A stretch of 57,295 bases of DNA from a virus (IMGVR_UViG_3300010158_000080:1-57295), one strand, 5' to 3'. Shown: positions 17,121 through 26,116, numbered from the stretch's first letter. Program-made: numbers and translations. Notes: generated from the sequence alone by a model not told the origin.

Positions 17121-17530
17121 GCCCCTTCCCCCACATCAATCGAAGCGCCGGAAGCCTTGGCTTGGTGTTCAGATATGATGGTGGCGGGGTCGATGGCGCG
17201 GATGCCCTCATTCAATTTGAGGGCAGCCGCACGAGCGACCTCAAAAGCCTTGGCAAATGCCGCAACATCAAGCCGAGCTAGATCATCGGAAAAAATGCTG
17301 TTCACCGTGTCGCAGGCGAGGCAATCAAACCCCTTCACGATCCGGGTAAAGCCGCAGACCTCGCAGTAAGGATCGTGTTCACCCATCCCGCACTCGCAAT
17401 CCGTTTCAGGGTATGGATCGTCAATGGTAGCGCAGCGGTGCGCACGTACCACGCCGCGCCCTTCGCAGGTCGGGCAAGCGGTCACTACGCTGCGGTCATT
17501 CCATGCTGGTGTCTTGTTTGGCGGTGTCAT
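17117..17530 (-). CDS. Cys-rich zinc-finger protein
   Basis: CPTCEG, CEC, CEVCG, CLAC; AAGGAAG RBS. Confidence 0.7.
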   Translation of the reverse strand: MTPPNKTPAWNDRSVVTACPTCEGRGVVRAHRCATIDDPYPETDCECGMGEHDPYCEVCGFTRIVKGFDCLACDTVNSIFSDDLARLDVAAFAKAFEVARAAALKLNEGIRAIDPATIISEHQAKASGASIDVGEGA

Positions 17531-17549
17531 GTTCTCTTCCTTACTACCC

Positions 17550-17580
17550 TATGTGTCGCGAATTTTGCTTCATGCGTCAA
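17550..17580 (-). promoter_or_regulatory. Putative sigma70-type promoter of the accessory operon
   Basis: -35 TTGACG at 17580-17575 in an intergenic gap, about 45 nt upstream of the 17530 start. Confidence 0.5.
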
Positions 17581-17611
17581 CCTAGTTTCGTGTTTGTCGC
17601 AATTTATTCAA

Positions 17612-18400
17612 TCATGGCGACCTCGCAGCGGTTTTGCTAGCCATCATGTGAGCAAGAAACCCCTGATCGGGATCGGGTTGCGTTGAACGGGAGGCTGGAG
17701 TTTTCACAGTCCTAAAATTCCGACTGTTCAAAACCCATGTCTCCCAAGCATCCTGCCAGCTTACAAACCGACTCCCCTTGCTGCGATGGTGTTTGGTAAA
17801 ATGCTCAATCTGAGTTTTGATCTCACCATCAGACCAATTTGCAATCACCTCTCTGCATTTGCTGGCAGGGCCAAATTCAGCAGGTTTCCAATCGACCGGG
17901 ATTACATGCTTGCGATCTGTGTTTTTAAGATTGGGGCTTATCGGCTTTGCGGGGCTTGGCTCATCAGCATCATTCGCCACATAAATAATTGTTTCTTTGT
18001 TCCCTTGTTCTTTTGCTGTCCGGTTTCTGTCCGGTTTCTGTCCGATTTGCTGTCCGGACAAATGTCCGGTTTCGCTCGGCACTTCCTGATATTTCTCGTA
18101 GTTGCAAATAGTTATAACAGATTTACCATGTCCGGTTTCCCGTTCGATCATGTGTTCGGTTTCGAGACGGGTCAAAAACCGTTCAACAGAGCTTGGCGAC
18201 CAATTCCATTCCTTCGCCAAATGCTCCCGGCCAATGCAAATTTGCCCGCGCTTGACCTCGATAGTCCTTCCACGAGCATCATGCTGGGTATCTTTCCATG
18301 CGGCATTAGCGACCAGCCAGAACCATGCACGAAAGCGATCTCCATCCTTTAGGATAGGATGCAAAAACGCTTGGCGATACATGGCTATAAAGCCGCTCAT
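17612..18400 (-). CDS. Phage replication initiation protein (lambda O-like)
   Basis: N-terminal wHTH (KRGQ...LAKEWNWSPSSVERFLTRLE...ITICNYEKYQ), central iterons, C-terminal F..HH.SKG..FVSWQDAWETW; near DnaB. Confidence 0.8.
   Translation of the reverse strand: MSGFIAMYRQAFLHPILKDGDRFRAWFWLVANAAWKDTQHDARGRTIEVKRGQICIGREHLAKEWNWSPSSVERFLTRLETEHMIERETGHGKSVITICNYEKYQEVPSETGHLSGQQIGQKPDRNRTAKEQGNKETIIYVANDADEPSPAKPISPNLKNTDRKHVIPVDWKPAEFGPASKCREVIANWSDGEIKTQIEHFTKHHRSKGSRFVSWQDAWETWVLNSRNFRTVKTPASRSTQPDPDQGFLAHMMASKTAARSP
18016..18073. repeat. Iteron array, putative replication origin
   Basis: Five tandem ~11-bp (C)TGTCCGGTTT-like units within the initiator gene, one containing the palindrome TGTCCGGACA; a sixth at 18129-18139; AT-rich flank at 17981-18014. 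Confidence 0.75.
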
Positions 18401-18570
18401 GCGGATATAACCCCTTTCGATTTAGCATAGCGATCAGCATGTAACGCGCTACGGATATTACCCCTTGTGCCAATGCAAAGGTGATTTTGTAAAGCGCCGC
18501 AAGTCGGGCATGATGCCTTGATAGCATCCCGCCTCCTGCTTGACTGCAGGAATAGATATTGGCCCGTCAT
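18397..18570 (-). CDS. 57-aa zinc-finger protein (missed by ORF track)
   Basis: ATGA-coupled at both ends: MTGQYLF...SCPTCGALQNHLC..TRG....LHADR. Confidence 0.7.
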   Translation of the reverse strand: MTGQYLFLQSSRRRDAIKASCPTCGALQNHLCIGTRGNIRSALHADRYAKSKGVISA

Positions 18571-19913
18571 CCCCGGACTGCCTGATAGCTGGCATGAAAC
18601 TGGCCAAACGCACTACCGGTCGTTCCATGCCTCTTTTTGGCAGCGATGAACTCAATCTGCCCCCTGATTTCCTCCATCAGATCACGCCAATTTGGATATT
18701 CCGGCGCAGTCTCTGCCGGTTCGACAAGTGCAAGATAATACTCTTTTCGCAGGAGAAATATCACCATATCGGCATCCTGCTCTAACTGCCCGCTATCACG
18801 CAAATCTGAAAGCATGGGCCGCTTGTCGGGTCGCTTTTCGACCTCGCGGGAAAGCTGCGCCAATGCCAGAACCCCAACGCCATGATCTTTCGACATGGCT
18901 TTGAGCGCCATCGACACTTCTGATATATCCTCGTATTTGTTGACGCGCCTATCAGGGCGCATAAGCTGCATATAATCGACGACGACCAACTCCAACTTAT
19001 GCCCATTTGCGGCCATACGGCGGGCGTGGCGGCGAATGAGCATATTCAGCCGGCCAGTGGTAAGCCCACCAGCGTCAACGACCTGCAAGGGCAGTCTGTG
19101 AGCCAATGCGCGGGCATGGCCAATCTTGTCAATCTGGTCGCGGGATAGGTCGCGGGAAACAATCGCCCCATAGGGAACCCCGCCATTCTCAAAGCAAATG
19201 TCCGCAGCCATGCGGCCAGCCAACTGTACGCTCGACATTTCCAGCGACACAAACAGGACGCCATGCCCCTTGCGCGCCGCGCCTATCGCATAAGACAATG
19301 CCACAGCAGTCTTGCCCATCCCCGGCCTCGCCGCCAAAATGACAAATTGCTTGGCCTCGATAGGGCCGACAAGCTTATCGAAAGAGGGAATTTGGCCGCA
19401 AGTCACACCCACGATTTTTGATTCCAGACTGACGAACAATTCATCAAAGCACTGGCCACCTGTGGGCTGGTGGATCGCGTCATTGCCATTATCAGCCAAA
19501 GCCGCATCAGCATGGGCAATAATCTCGGAGGCGGTCGCATTTGGATCGGCGCAAGCATCGGCTGCCACGGTCAAGCCTGCCTGCATCCGGCGGCGGCGGC
19601 CTAGATCGGCAATCGTCAAGGCATGTTGCTTTGGCGGAATCAATGAGACTTCGCGGGTCAGGCGCGCAAGATACCCCAACCCTCCAAGCGTTACGAGCGC
19701 CTCATCACCCTCAAAATATCCTTTGATGGTGACGGGGTTGGCCTTTTTCCCCAAGGAAGCTTCTCGAACAATCGCCGCGAATATTCGGCCATGCACCGGC
19801 TCGGCAAAATCGGCATCTGTCAAAACATCCGCAATGGCATCAACATGGCTACCAGTCAGAAGCGCGCCAAGCAATTCAGCCTCGGATCCGATATTTATGA
19901 GGGCGGCGTTCAT
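18567..19913 (-). CDS. dnaB: DnaB-like replicative helicase
   Basis: ILAARPGMGKT, FVSLEMS, VVDYMQL, LAQLSREVE..PDKRPMLSDLRDSGQLEQDAD. Confidence 0.95.
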   Translation of the reverse strand: MNAALINIGSEAELLGALLTGSHVDAIADVLTDADFAEPVHGRIFAAIVREASLGKKANPVTIKGYFEGDEALVTLGGLGYLARLTREVSLIPPKQHALTIADLGRRRRMQAGLTVAADACADPNATASEIIAHADAALADNGNDAIHQPTGGQCFDELFVSLESKIVGVTCGQIPSFDKLVGPIEAKQFVILAARPGMGKTAVALSYAIGAARKGHGVLFVSLEMSSVQLAGRMAADICFENGGVPYGAIVSRDLSRDQIDKIGHARALAHRLPLQVVDAGGLTTGRLNMLIRRHARRMAANGHKLELVVVDYMQLMRPDRRVNKYEDISEVSMALKAMSKDHGVGVLALAQLSREVEKRPDKRPMLSDLRDSGQLEQDADMVIFLLRKEYYLALVEPAETAPEYPNWRDLMEEIRGQIEFIAAKKRHGTTGSAFGQFHASYQAVRG

Positions 19914-20098
19914 GCGGCGGAACCAAATACAACCACAAAGCGTTCATAGGCTTCGGACTTCATAGCTTCCCAACGGGGATCATCACGAAGGCTGGGCGCA
20001 TCACGAACGGCGCGCATCAGTGCTGAATACTCAACCCAAGCCACATCGGCTGATTTTGATTCTTGAGTTTCCCCAGCGATGGGGTTAAAAGCAGACAT
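19910..20098 (-). CDS. Hypothetical protein
   Basis: AAGGAG RBS; coupled to dnaB. Confidence 0.7.
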   Translation of the reverse strand: MSAFNPIAGETQESKSADVAWVEYSALMRAVRDAPSLRDDPRWEAMKSEAYERFVVVFGSAA

Positions 20099-20174
20099 GC
20101 CAGACGCTCCTTCTAAGCGTTATGGTAAAGGGCGGGGTCGAGAGCTGGTAACTCTCCCCCGTCCGCCCCTTCTA

Positions 20175-20519
20175 TCACTTGATTATTCGTAGATCAATAT
20201 CAGGATGGCAGGCAGCCATCAGGGAGAGCTTGATCGGCACATCGCGGGACATGAACCCGTTTTTGGCCTTCACCTCTTCCACGACCTTCTGGCTGGCCTC
20301 CTGATAGGCAAAGTCAGCCGTGTACCGCATGAACTGGCCATTGCGCATTTTCAGGTGCCGGCCATTAACGATGAAAACAAACCTTGGCTCGACCATCAAG
20401 CCGCTGATCTTTCCCCCAGCCTCCATGTGGTGCAGAGCGACGCAACGATCAGCCTCGGCCTTGCTGGCGTGGTTATGCCCATGCAGGCACACCGTCTTGC
20501 GGGCAAAAAACTTAGCCAT
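20175..20519 (-). CDS. DUF1064-like PD-(D/E)xK nuclease
   Basis: KFFARKT...SKAEA.R...L...GKIS.L...PRF...YTADF.Y....VVEEVK. Confidence 0.8.
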   Translation of the reverse strand: MAKFFARKTVCLHGHNHASKAEADRCVALHHMEAGGKISGLMVEPRFVFIVNGRHLKMRNGQFMRYTADFAYQEASQKVVEEVKAKNGFMSRDVPIKLSLMAACHPDIDLRIIK

Positions 20520-20776
20520 TAGAAAGCCAGTGAGCCTTGCAGGTCCATACCCAATGCTGATCCATAAGTTTCCAAAAGAGCGGCTACTTCTGCGCGATCA
20601 TCCGGCGTCATCTTGCGCAAAGCCACGACCTTGCGCATGATCTTGGCATCATACCCCACCGCCTTGGCCTCGGCATAGACATCGCGAATATCATCAGCGA
20701 TGCCCTTCTTCTCCTCTTCCAAACGCTCCACACGCTCGATGAGAAGGCGCAGGCGGTCGTCAGTGTTTGTTGTCAT
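20519..20776 (-). CDS. gapR: GapR/DUF2312 nucleoid-associated protein homolog
   Basis: [49 protein letters not shown]. Confidence 0.92.
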   Translation of the reverse strand: MTTNTDDRLRLLIERVERLEEEKKGIADDIRDVYAEAKAVGYDAKIMRKVVALRKMTPDDRAEVAALLETYGSALGMDLQGSLAF

Positions 20777-20801
20777 TTTCATTCTCCTTCGTCTTACTGG
20801 A

Positions 20802-21041
20802 TTATCCAATCAACCCCTGCATCAGATGCTTGAGATCGACAATGGCTTTGGGGAATGGGTTTTCCTTAGCGCCATCGACCTCGACAAAGCCGACGCAAAC
20901 CTTGCGATCTCCCGGAAGTCGTTTTCCTTGCAGGATGAATGAATCCGTATTCAAATATAAACAATAATAGGTATGGGAATCAGGATCATTCATTGCCTGT
21001 AGCTCTAGGGCGGCATTCCGCAACCAATTTACATTTATCAT
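20802..21041 (-). CDS. Hypothetical protein
   Basis: Co-oriented ORF filling the gap; AGAAGGG RBS. Confidence 0.55.
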   Translation of the reverse strand: MINVNWLRNAALELQAMNDPDSHTYYCLYLNTDSFILQGKRLPGDRKVCVGFVEVDGAKENPFPKAIVDLKHLMQGLIG

Positions 21042-21101
21042 ATAGGCAACCCTTCTAATTTCATCATCGGGGCCGAGCGTTAACTCGGCCCTCTTGGGAA
21101 A

Positions 21102-21527
21102 TCAGAGGCAGGCATCAACGACCGCATAGAAGATGCGGTGAGGCATTCTGTCTTCAACGGTGCAATCACAGTCACGCGAAGTGCGGCGCGAAACAACAAA
21201 ATCAATTGCCGATTGTTGTACATCAGTCGCGAGAAAACCCCATGTCGGAATTGAAGTGTCACCAGCGATCTGGCCATAAGCGATCATGGCTGCGTGAGCC
21301 AATTCAGCAATTTGCTCGTCAGTCAGGGCAACGATAAACTTGCCGTCCACCACATCAAAATCAGCAAGCTCGACTGGCTCTGCATCAGCCGGTGAAACTG
21401 CGCCGGGATCGTTTGGCAATTCAGGCGCAATCTCGACGGCGGGTTCGGCTGGCGATTCGGCGGCAGGTTCAACTGGGGCGCTTGCAGCCTCTTCCACAGC
21501 AACATTCGATGCTTCATCTTCAATCAT
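21102..21527 (-). CDS. Hypothetical protein with acidic P/A/E-rich N-terminus
   Basis: AAGGA RBS before ATG 21527; C-terminal IAELAHAA..AY...GDTSIPTW segment. Confidence 0.65.
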   Translation of the reverse strand: MIEDEASNVAVEEAASAPVEPAAESPAEPAVEIAPELPNDPGAVSPADAEPVELADFDVVDGKFIVALTDEQIAELAHAAMIAYGQIAGDTSIPTWGFLATDVQQSAIDFVVSRRTSRDCDCTVEDRMPHRIFYAVVDACL

Positions 21528-21529
21528 GG

Positions 21530-21829
21530 TCAGTCCTTTGGTTGGCCGATACCCTCGGCGGGGATTGGTTGTTCGACAGGCTCCACAAAAGCCTTTGGCA
21601 AAAAATCGCCGTCCTTGATCTTGACCTTGAGCCGGCGGGCAACATCCTTTAACATAGGAATGCGCGGGTGCGGGATGATACCGCGCTTCTGCCAACCCCA
21701 GATTGTTGAGGGCGCAAGCCCAGTCTCGCGCCGCACCGCGTTCAATCCCCCCAGCTTGGCAATAACGATGTTTGCCGGCGCTTCAGGGTCAAGCTTTTCA
21801 TACAGGCGGCGCTTATAGGTTGTTCGCAT
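21530..21829 (-). CDS. Cro-like HTH regulator (Carph-isopro type)
   Basis: IVIAKLGGLNAVRRETGLAPSTIWGWQKRGIIP; first gene of the leftward replication operon. Confidence 0.75.
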   Translation of the reverse strand: MRTTYKRRLYEKLDPEAPANIVIAKLGGLNAVRRETGLAPSTIWGWQKRGIIPHPRIPMLKDVARRLKVKIKDGDFLPKAFVEPVEQPIPAEGIGQPKD

Positions 21830-22000
21830 ATCTAGCCCTTTTTGGCGGAATTATCTCGCAAGAGCGTACACATTGCGGGAGATCGACGCAATAGGCGAAG
21901 TTTTGTTTTTGCATTTTTACTTTTCCTGTTGCGCCTCATGCGAAGTTATGGAATGGTAATGATTAAGCCGAGAAAACGGCGATACCGCCAAGGAGTTTAT
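21830..22000. promoter_or_regulatory. Divergent early control region
   Basis: Intergenic; rightward TTGCGC-N17 element at 21929; repeated GCGAAGTT(T/A)TG at 21895 and 21940. Confidence 0.6.
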
Positions 22001-22195
22001 ATGGGCATTCCTAAATTTCACATTGAGGCAACGCCAAACCCAAAAGCAATCCTTGCCTTGTGGCTGGGTGATGAGCGGCATGGGCAATGGAAGCCGCACC
22101 CGCATATTGTTGAGGGTGCATTTTCTGAAATTGCAAACCGCAGGCAGGGCCATCCCACCCCCATCCTGCCTGTGGCCGAGGCCGGCGTTTATTGA
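22001..22195 (+). CDS. Hypothetical early protein (64 aa)
   Basis: AAGGAG RBS before ATG 22001. Confidence 0.6.
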   Translation: MGIPKFHIEATPNPKAILALWLGDERHGQWKPHPHIVEGAFSEIANRRQGHPTPILPVAEAGVY

Positions 22196-22279
22196 GAAGC
22201 GCTGGCCTTACCGGACCTCCGCCAGTTCACTGACCCTGTCTGGCGGGGGCGAGGATAAGCCCAGTATAAAGGAATTGTT

Positions 22280-23041
22280 ATGACCGAATTGACCGTCAGA
22301 GAACCGACTGAAATGATTGTTCAGGATCAGCCGGCAAACCTGCTCGATGTGATCGCCCGCGCCGCCCGCGATCCAAGCGTTGACCTCGACAAGATGGAGC
22401 GACTGATTGCTTTGCAGGAGCGTGTTCAGGACCGCGAGGCTGTCATCGCTTTTAATTCTGCCCTTGCATCTCTACAGCCCTTGCTGCCAGTCATCAGGGA
22501 GCGCGGCGGCATTAAGGGTCGTGATGAAAAAGTACAATCTACCTATGCTTTGTGGGAAGATGTGAATGAGGCAATCCGCCCGCTTTTGGGCAAGTATGGC
22601 TTTGCCTTGCGGTTTCGCGTCGAGCGGACTTCTGATCAGATCAGCGTCACCGGCATTCTTTCGCATCAGGCGGGCCATAGCGAGGAAACCACGCTATCCC
22701 TCCCCACAGACACCAGCGGGAGCAAAAACGCGGTACAGGCGGTTGGCTCGTCCACCAGCTACGGCAAGCGGTACACCGCCTTTGCCCTTTTGAATATCAC
22801 CTCGACTGGCGAGGATGACGATGGGCGCAAGGCTGGTGAAGATCACCCCATATCGGTTGCGCAATATGACGAACTGCAAAAGCTTATCAGTGACACCCAG
22901 ACCGACGGCGGAAAGTTTCTCGACTATCTCGTCGCCAAAAAAGCCATAGGGCCAGAAGATTGCCTTTCGGATTTGCCGGCCAGCCATTTTGAGAGCGCCA
23001 AGCGTTCTTTGAAGGCTAAAGCCAAGGATGCCGCAAAGTGA
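22280..23041 (+). CDS. erf: ERF-family single-strand annealing protein
   Basis: YALWEDV..AIRPLL.KYG...QAVGSSTSYGKRY..ALLNI...EDDDG. Confidence 0.9.
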   Translation: MTELTVREPTEMIVQDQPANLLDVIARAARDPSVDLDKMERLIALQERVQDREAVIAFNSALASLQPLLPVIRERGGIKGRDEKVQSTYALWEDVNEAIRPLLGKYGFALRFRVERTSDQISVTGILSHQAGHSEETTLSLPTDTSGSKNAVQAVGSSTSYGKRYTAFALLNITSTGEDDDGRKAGEDHPISVAQYDELQKLISDTQTDGGKFLDYLVAKKAIGPEDCLSDLPASHFESAKRSLKAKAKDAAK

Positions 23042-23643
23042 TTGTGCATGATATGGAGCAGGGGACACCAGAATGGTTTGCTGTTCGGCGCGGGCTTCCT
23101 ACCGCTTCTATGTTTGGCACTATTCTGGCCAAGGGGAAGGGTGGCGGCGAAAGTTTGACTCGGCGTACCTACCTCTACAAATTGGCCGGTGAAATCATCA
23201 CCGATGAACCTATGGACAGTTTTTCCAATCACCATATGGAGCGCGGTCATTCGATGGAGGATGAGGCGCGGCTGTATTATGCGTTCTTCACCAATACCGA
23301 GGTCGATCAAGTCGGTTTTATCACCAATGGCCCCAAGGGCTGTTCCCCTGATAGCCTGATTGGCTTAAATGGGATGCTGGAAATTAAAACTAAACTCCCG
23401 CATTTGATGATCGGCGTTCTCGAATCTGGCGAATTCCCATCCGACCACCGCGCCCAATGCCAAGGGCAGCTTTGGGTAGCAGAACGCGAATGGGTGGACC
23501 TGATCTGCTATTGGCCCAAAATGCCGCCGTTCATCAAGCGGGCATACCGCGACGAAGAATATATCAAGCGTTTATCCGATGCTGTGGATCAGTTTAACGA
23601 TGAACTTGCGGCGCTGGTCGCAAAATATCGGTCAGAGGAATAG
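23038..23643 (+). CDS. YqaJ/lambda-exonuclease family nuclease
   Basis: QGTPEWFAVRRGLPTAS, GCSPDSL, LEIK, QCQGQLWV. Confidence 0.92.
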   Translation: MIVHDMEQGTPEWFAVRRGLPTASMFGTILAKGKGGGESLTRRTYLYKLAGEIITDEPMDSFSNHHMERGHSMEDEARLYYAFFTNTEVDQVGFITNGPKGCSPDSLIGLNGMLEIKTKLPHLMIGVLESGEFPSDHRAQCQGQLWVAEREWVDLICYWPKMPPFIKRAYRDEEYIKRLSDAVDQFNDELAALVAKYRSEE

Positions 23644-23645
23644 CA

Positions 23646-24095
23646 ATGGCCGATGATGTTGAGCCTTTGTTGTTCAAGGTGACGCTGGGGAACCTGCGCC
23701 CATTGAACGGAGCTGCCAGCGATGCGCTGAAAGCGTTGACCGATGGTTCAATGGTTCGCGTCGAGATTAAGCGCACCCAAGGCAACATCAAGCGCATGGG
23801 CTGGTACTGGGTAATGCTCAAGATTGTTCTCGAAAACATCAGTGACGCATTTGAGGGCGGCATGACGACCAGAATGCTTCACAAATGGCTCTTGCGAAAG
23901 AGCGGCCATGCCAAGCCGGTTGTCTCGCGTAAAACTGGCGAGGTTATCGACTACGAATATCCGAGCATATCTTTTGCCAATATGCCTGAACATCAGCGCG
24001 CCGAATATGTGGATGATGCGGCAGCGGTTCTGGCAAAGGCGCTCGGTGTCGAGCCGCAGGTACTCATGGAAGAATCAAAGCAAAGGGCAGGATGA
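23646..24095 (+). CDS. DUF1367/NinB-like recombination accessory protein
   Basis: LRPL...LK.G..VRVEIKRT...N....YW...LLRKSGH...PSISFANM. Confidence 0.7.
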   Translation: MADDVEPLLFKVTLGNLRPLNGAASDALKALTDGSMVRVEIKRTQGNIKRMGWYWVMLKIVLENISDAFEGGMTTRMLHKWLLRKSGHAKPVVSRKTGEVIDYEYPSISFANMPEHQRAEYVDDAAAVLAKALGVEPQVLMEESKQRAG

Positions 24096-24283
24096 TGGCA
24101 TGGTTTAAGAACCCCGGTCGCCTTCCCGGCATGGCAAAGGGCAAGCGCGTCCACGTTATTCTTGAGGGCGGTTACACAACCGTTGGCAAAGAAGCGTCTG
24201 GCTGGCCGGCGGATGGGCAATATGGCTGCAACTGGGCGATCAAGAACCATCCGGCGGCGATTAAGGGATATGAAGTGATATGA
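24092..24283 (+). CDS. Hypothetical protein
   Basis: Coupled small ORF, WFKNPG..P...RVHV. Confidence 0.6.
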   Translation: MMAWFKNPGRLPGMAKGKRVHVILEGGYTTVGKEASGWPADGQYGCNWAIKNHPAAIKGYEVI

Positions 24284-24915
24284 GCCAGAACCGATCCAGC
24301 GCCGTGATGCAGCAACGCACCGAGCCGCACGATAGTTTGGACGATTTCCCTACTCCGCCTTGGGCTACGAGGGCGTTGCTTGAGCGGATGGACGGCTTTG
24401 GCGCTGTCCGTGGTTTCTCTACCTGTCGAGAGCCTGCTGCCAATCGTGGTCATATGGTTAAGCCGTTGCGCGAGTATTTTGGCACCGTCGAGGCATCGGA
24501 CGTTCACGATTATGGCGCTGGTTTCCCAGTGCGGGATTATCTGTGGGGCAATGTTCCTGATACGGTTTCGTGGACCATAACCAACCCACCGTTCAAGCTG
24601 GCTGAACAATTTATTGAGCGGGCGCTGGCATCAAGTGATCATGGCGTGGCGATGATTGTCCGCGCCGCATTTCTTGAGGGGCAGGGGCGCTATGCTCGGT
24701 TATTTTCGGTCAAACCGCCGAATTTTGTCCTTCAATTCACCGAGCGCGTTGTGATGCATAAGGGGCGGCTTGCGCCGGAAGGATCAACTGCGACCGCCTA
24801 TGCGTGGCTTGTCTGGTTTGCCGGCGACAATGATGACGGCACATTTTTCGACTGGATCGCACCTTGCCGCAAGCGATTGGAGCGAGATGGTGATTATCCT
24901 ATGGAGGCCGTATGA
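24280..24915 (+). CDS. DNA N6-adenine (amino) methyltransferase
   Basis: DDFPTPPWATRALL, EPAANRGHM (SAM motif I), ITNPPF (motif IV). Confidence 0.85.
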   Translation: MSQNRSSAVMQQRTEPHDSLDDFPTPPWATRALLERMDGFGAVRGFSTCREPAANRGHMVKPLREYFGTVEASDVHDYGAGFPVRDYLWGNVPDTVSWTITNPPFKLAEQFIERALASSDHGVAMIVRAAFLEGQGRYARLFSVKPPNFVLQFTERVVMHKGRLAPEGSTATAYAWLVWFAGDNDDGTFFDWIAPCRKRLERDGDYPMEAV

Positions 24916-25160
24916 TTGCCATAGAAAGCCAAGTGATTTCCGTCATTACTCGGCGCGTTAGCATTGAGCGCAAGCACATGGTGGACGCCAACGCATTCCT
25001 TTCGGAGTTGGGGCTTTGCTCTGTCACCAAGGAGTTTACAATCCCAGTAGATCTGGAGGAGGAGTTTAGCCTTGACGAAATCCCGTACTCACAAATCGAA
25101 AAGTGGGAGCGCGTCGAAGATGTGATCGCCACTGTTACCGCAATGCGTTCAACCAAATAA
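24912..25160 (+). CDS. Acyl carrier protein-like protein
   Basis: IESQVISVI...AFLSELGLCSV...LEEEFSLDEIP..QIEKWERVEDVI aligns with the AcpP pattern IEERVKKII...SFVEDLGADSL...[20 protein letters not shown]. Confidence 0.7.
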   Translation: MIAIESQVISVITRRVSIERKHMVDANAFLSELGLCSVTKEFTIPVDLEEEFSLDEIPYSQIEKWERVEDVIATVTAMRSTK

Positions 25161-25172
25161 TAGGAGGCCACT

Positions 25173-25643
25173 TTGGCTGCATCAGTGAACAAAGTCATAC
25201 TTATCGGCGCGCTGGGCGCAGACCCGGAGGTTAAGTCTTTTGCCAATGGCGGCAGGATTTGCAACTTGCGGATTGCGACTTCTGAAAGCTGGAAGGAAAA
25301 ATCTAGCGGTGAGCGCAAAACAAAAACTGAATGGCACAGTGTCAGCATTTCCAATGATGGGCTGATTGGCGTAGCCGAGCGCTACCTCAAAAAAGGCAGC
25401 AAGGTCTATATTGAGGGCCAGCTTCAAACTCGCAAATGGCAAGATCAGCAGGGCAACGACCGTTACACAACCGAAATCGTCCTGCGCCCGTTTAATGGAA
25501 CCTTGACCATGCTTGATAGTCCGCAAGGCAGTTCAACCGGCGGCAATCGTGATAACTCATCCAACCGGGCGCAAGAGCCTTCCCCCGGCGCGCATGGCGG
25601 GTTTGGTGATGATCTGGACGATTCAGATTCAATTCCTTTTTGA
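25173..25643 (+). CDS. ssb: Single-stranded DNA-binding protein
   Basis: [15 protein letters not shown]...[18 protein letters not shown]; acidic C-terminal DSIPF; TTG start with AGGAGG RBS. Confidence 0.95.
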   Translation: MAASVNKVILIGALGADPEVKSFANGGRICNLRIATSESWKEKSSGERKTKTEWHSVSISNDGLIGVAERYLKKGSKVYIEGQLQTRKWQDQQGNDRYTTEIVLRPFNGTLTMLDSPQGSSTGGNRDNSSNRAQEPSPGAHGGFGDDLDDSDSIPF

Positions 25644-25667
25644 TCAGTAAAACCAAGGAGAATACCA

Positions 25668-25862
25668 ATGATACCTGAACTTATGACTGTAGAAAAATTT
25701 TTGGAATTATATTCGATTGGCCGCACCAGCTTTTACCGCGAGGCGGCGAAGCCTGATAGCCCGCTTAAGCTGCGCAAGTTTGGCACCGCAACGCGCATTG
25801 CCCGCGCCGATGCCGAGGCATGGGCCGCAAGCCTGCCTACCAGTGAAGGAAAGCACCAATGA
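25668..25862 (+). CDS. AlpA/excisionase-like DNA-binding protein
   Basis: LMTVEKFLELYSIGRTSFYRE...LKLRKFG..TRIARADAEAWAASLP. Confidence 0.8.
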   Translation: MIPELMTVEKFLELYSIGRTSFYREAAKPDSPLKLRKFGTATRIARADAEAWAASLPTSEGKHQ

Positions 25863-26116
25863 TACCCGAAGCTGAAACATTCAACGCCGCCTGTCGCGCA
25901 TTCGATGCTGCAAGGGCAAAGCGCTATGATTTGGAAATTGGTGTCAAAATTGAAGAGCGGCTTGGCAATAACCAGTCGGTCGAATTGGCCAAGAAGGCCA
26001 GTCAGGAATACATGACGCTGTGGTCAGACGCTTATCGGCTGCGGCAAGAAACTGCCTCTGCACTTTGCGGCGCTATTGGCGTTGCTTCCGACGATCTAAA
26101 GCAAGCTCTCTACTAG
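25859..26116 (+). CDS. Hypothetical protein
   Basis: Coupled; last gene of the rightward operon. Confidence 0.65.
   Translation: MIPEAETFNAACRAFDAARAKRYDLEIGVKIEERLGNNQSVELAKKASQEYMTLWSDAYRLRQETASALCGAIGVASDDLKQALY

Noticed and set aside
16182-17369. 395-aa plus-strand ORF
   Set aside because: Antisense to three well-coupled minus-strand genes.
18016-18073. Tandem repeats as a CRISPR array
   Set aside because: 11-bp units without spacers inside the initiator gene; these are iterons.
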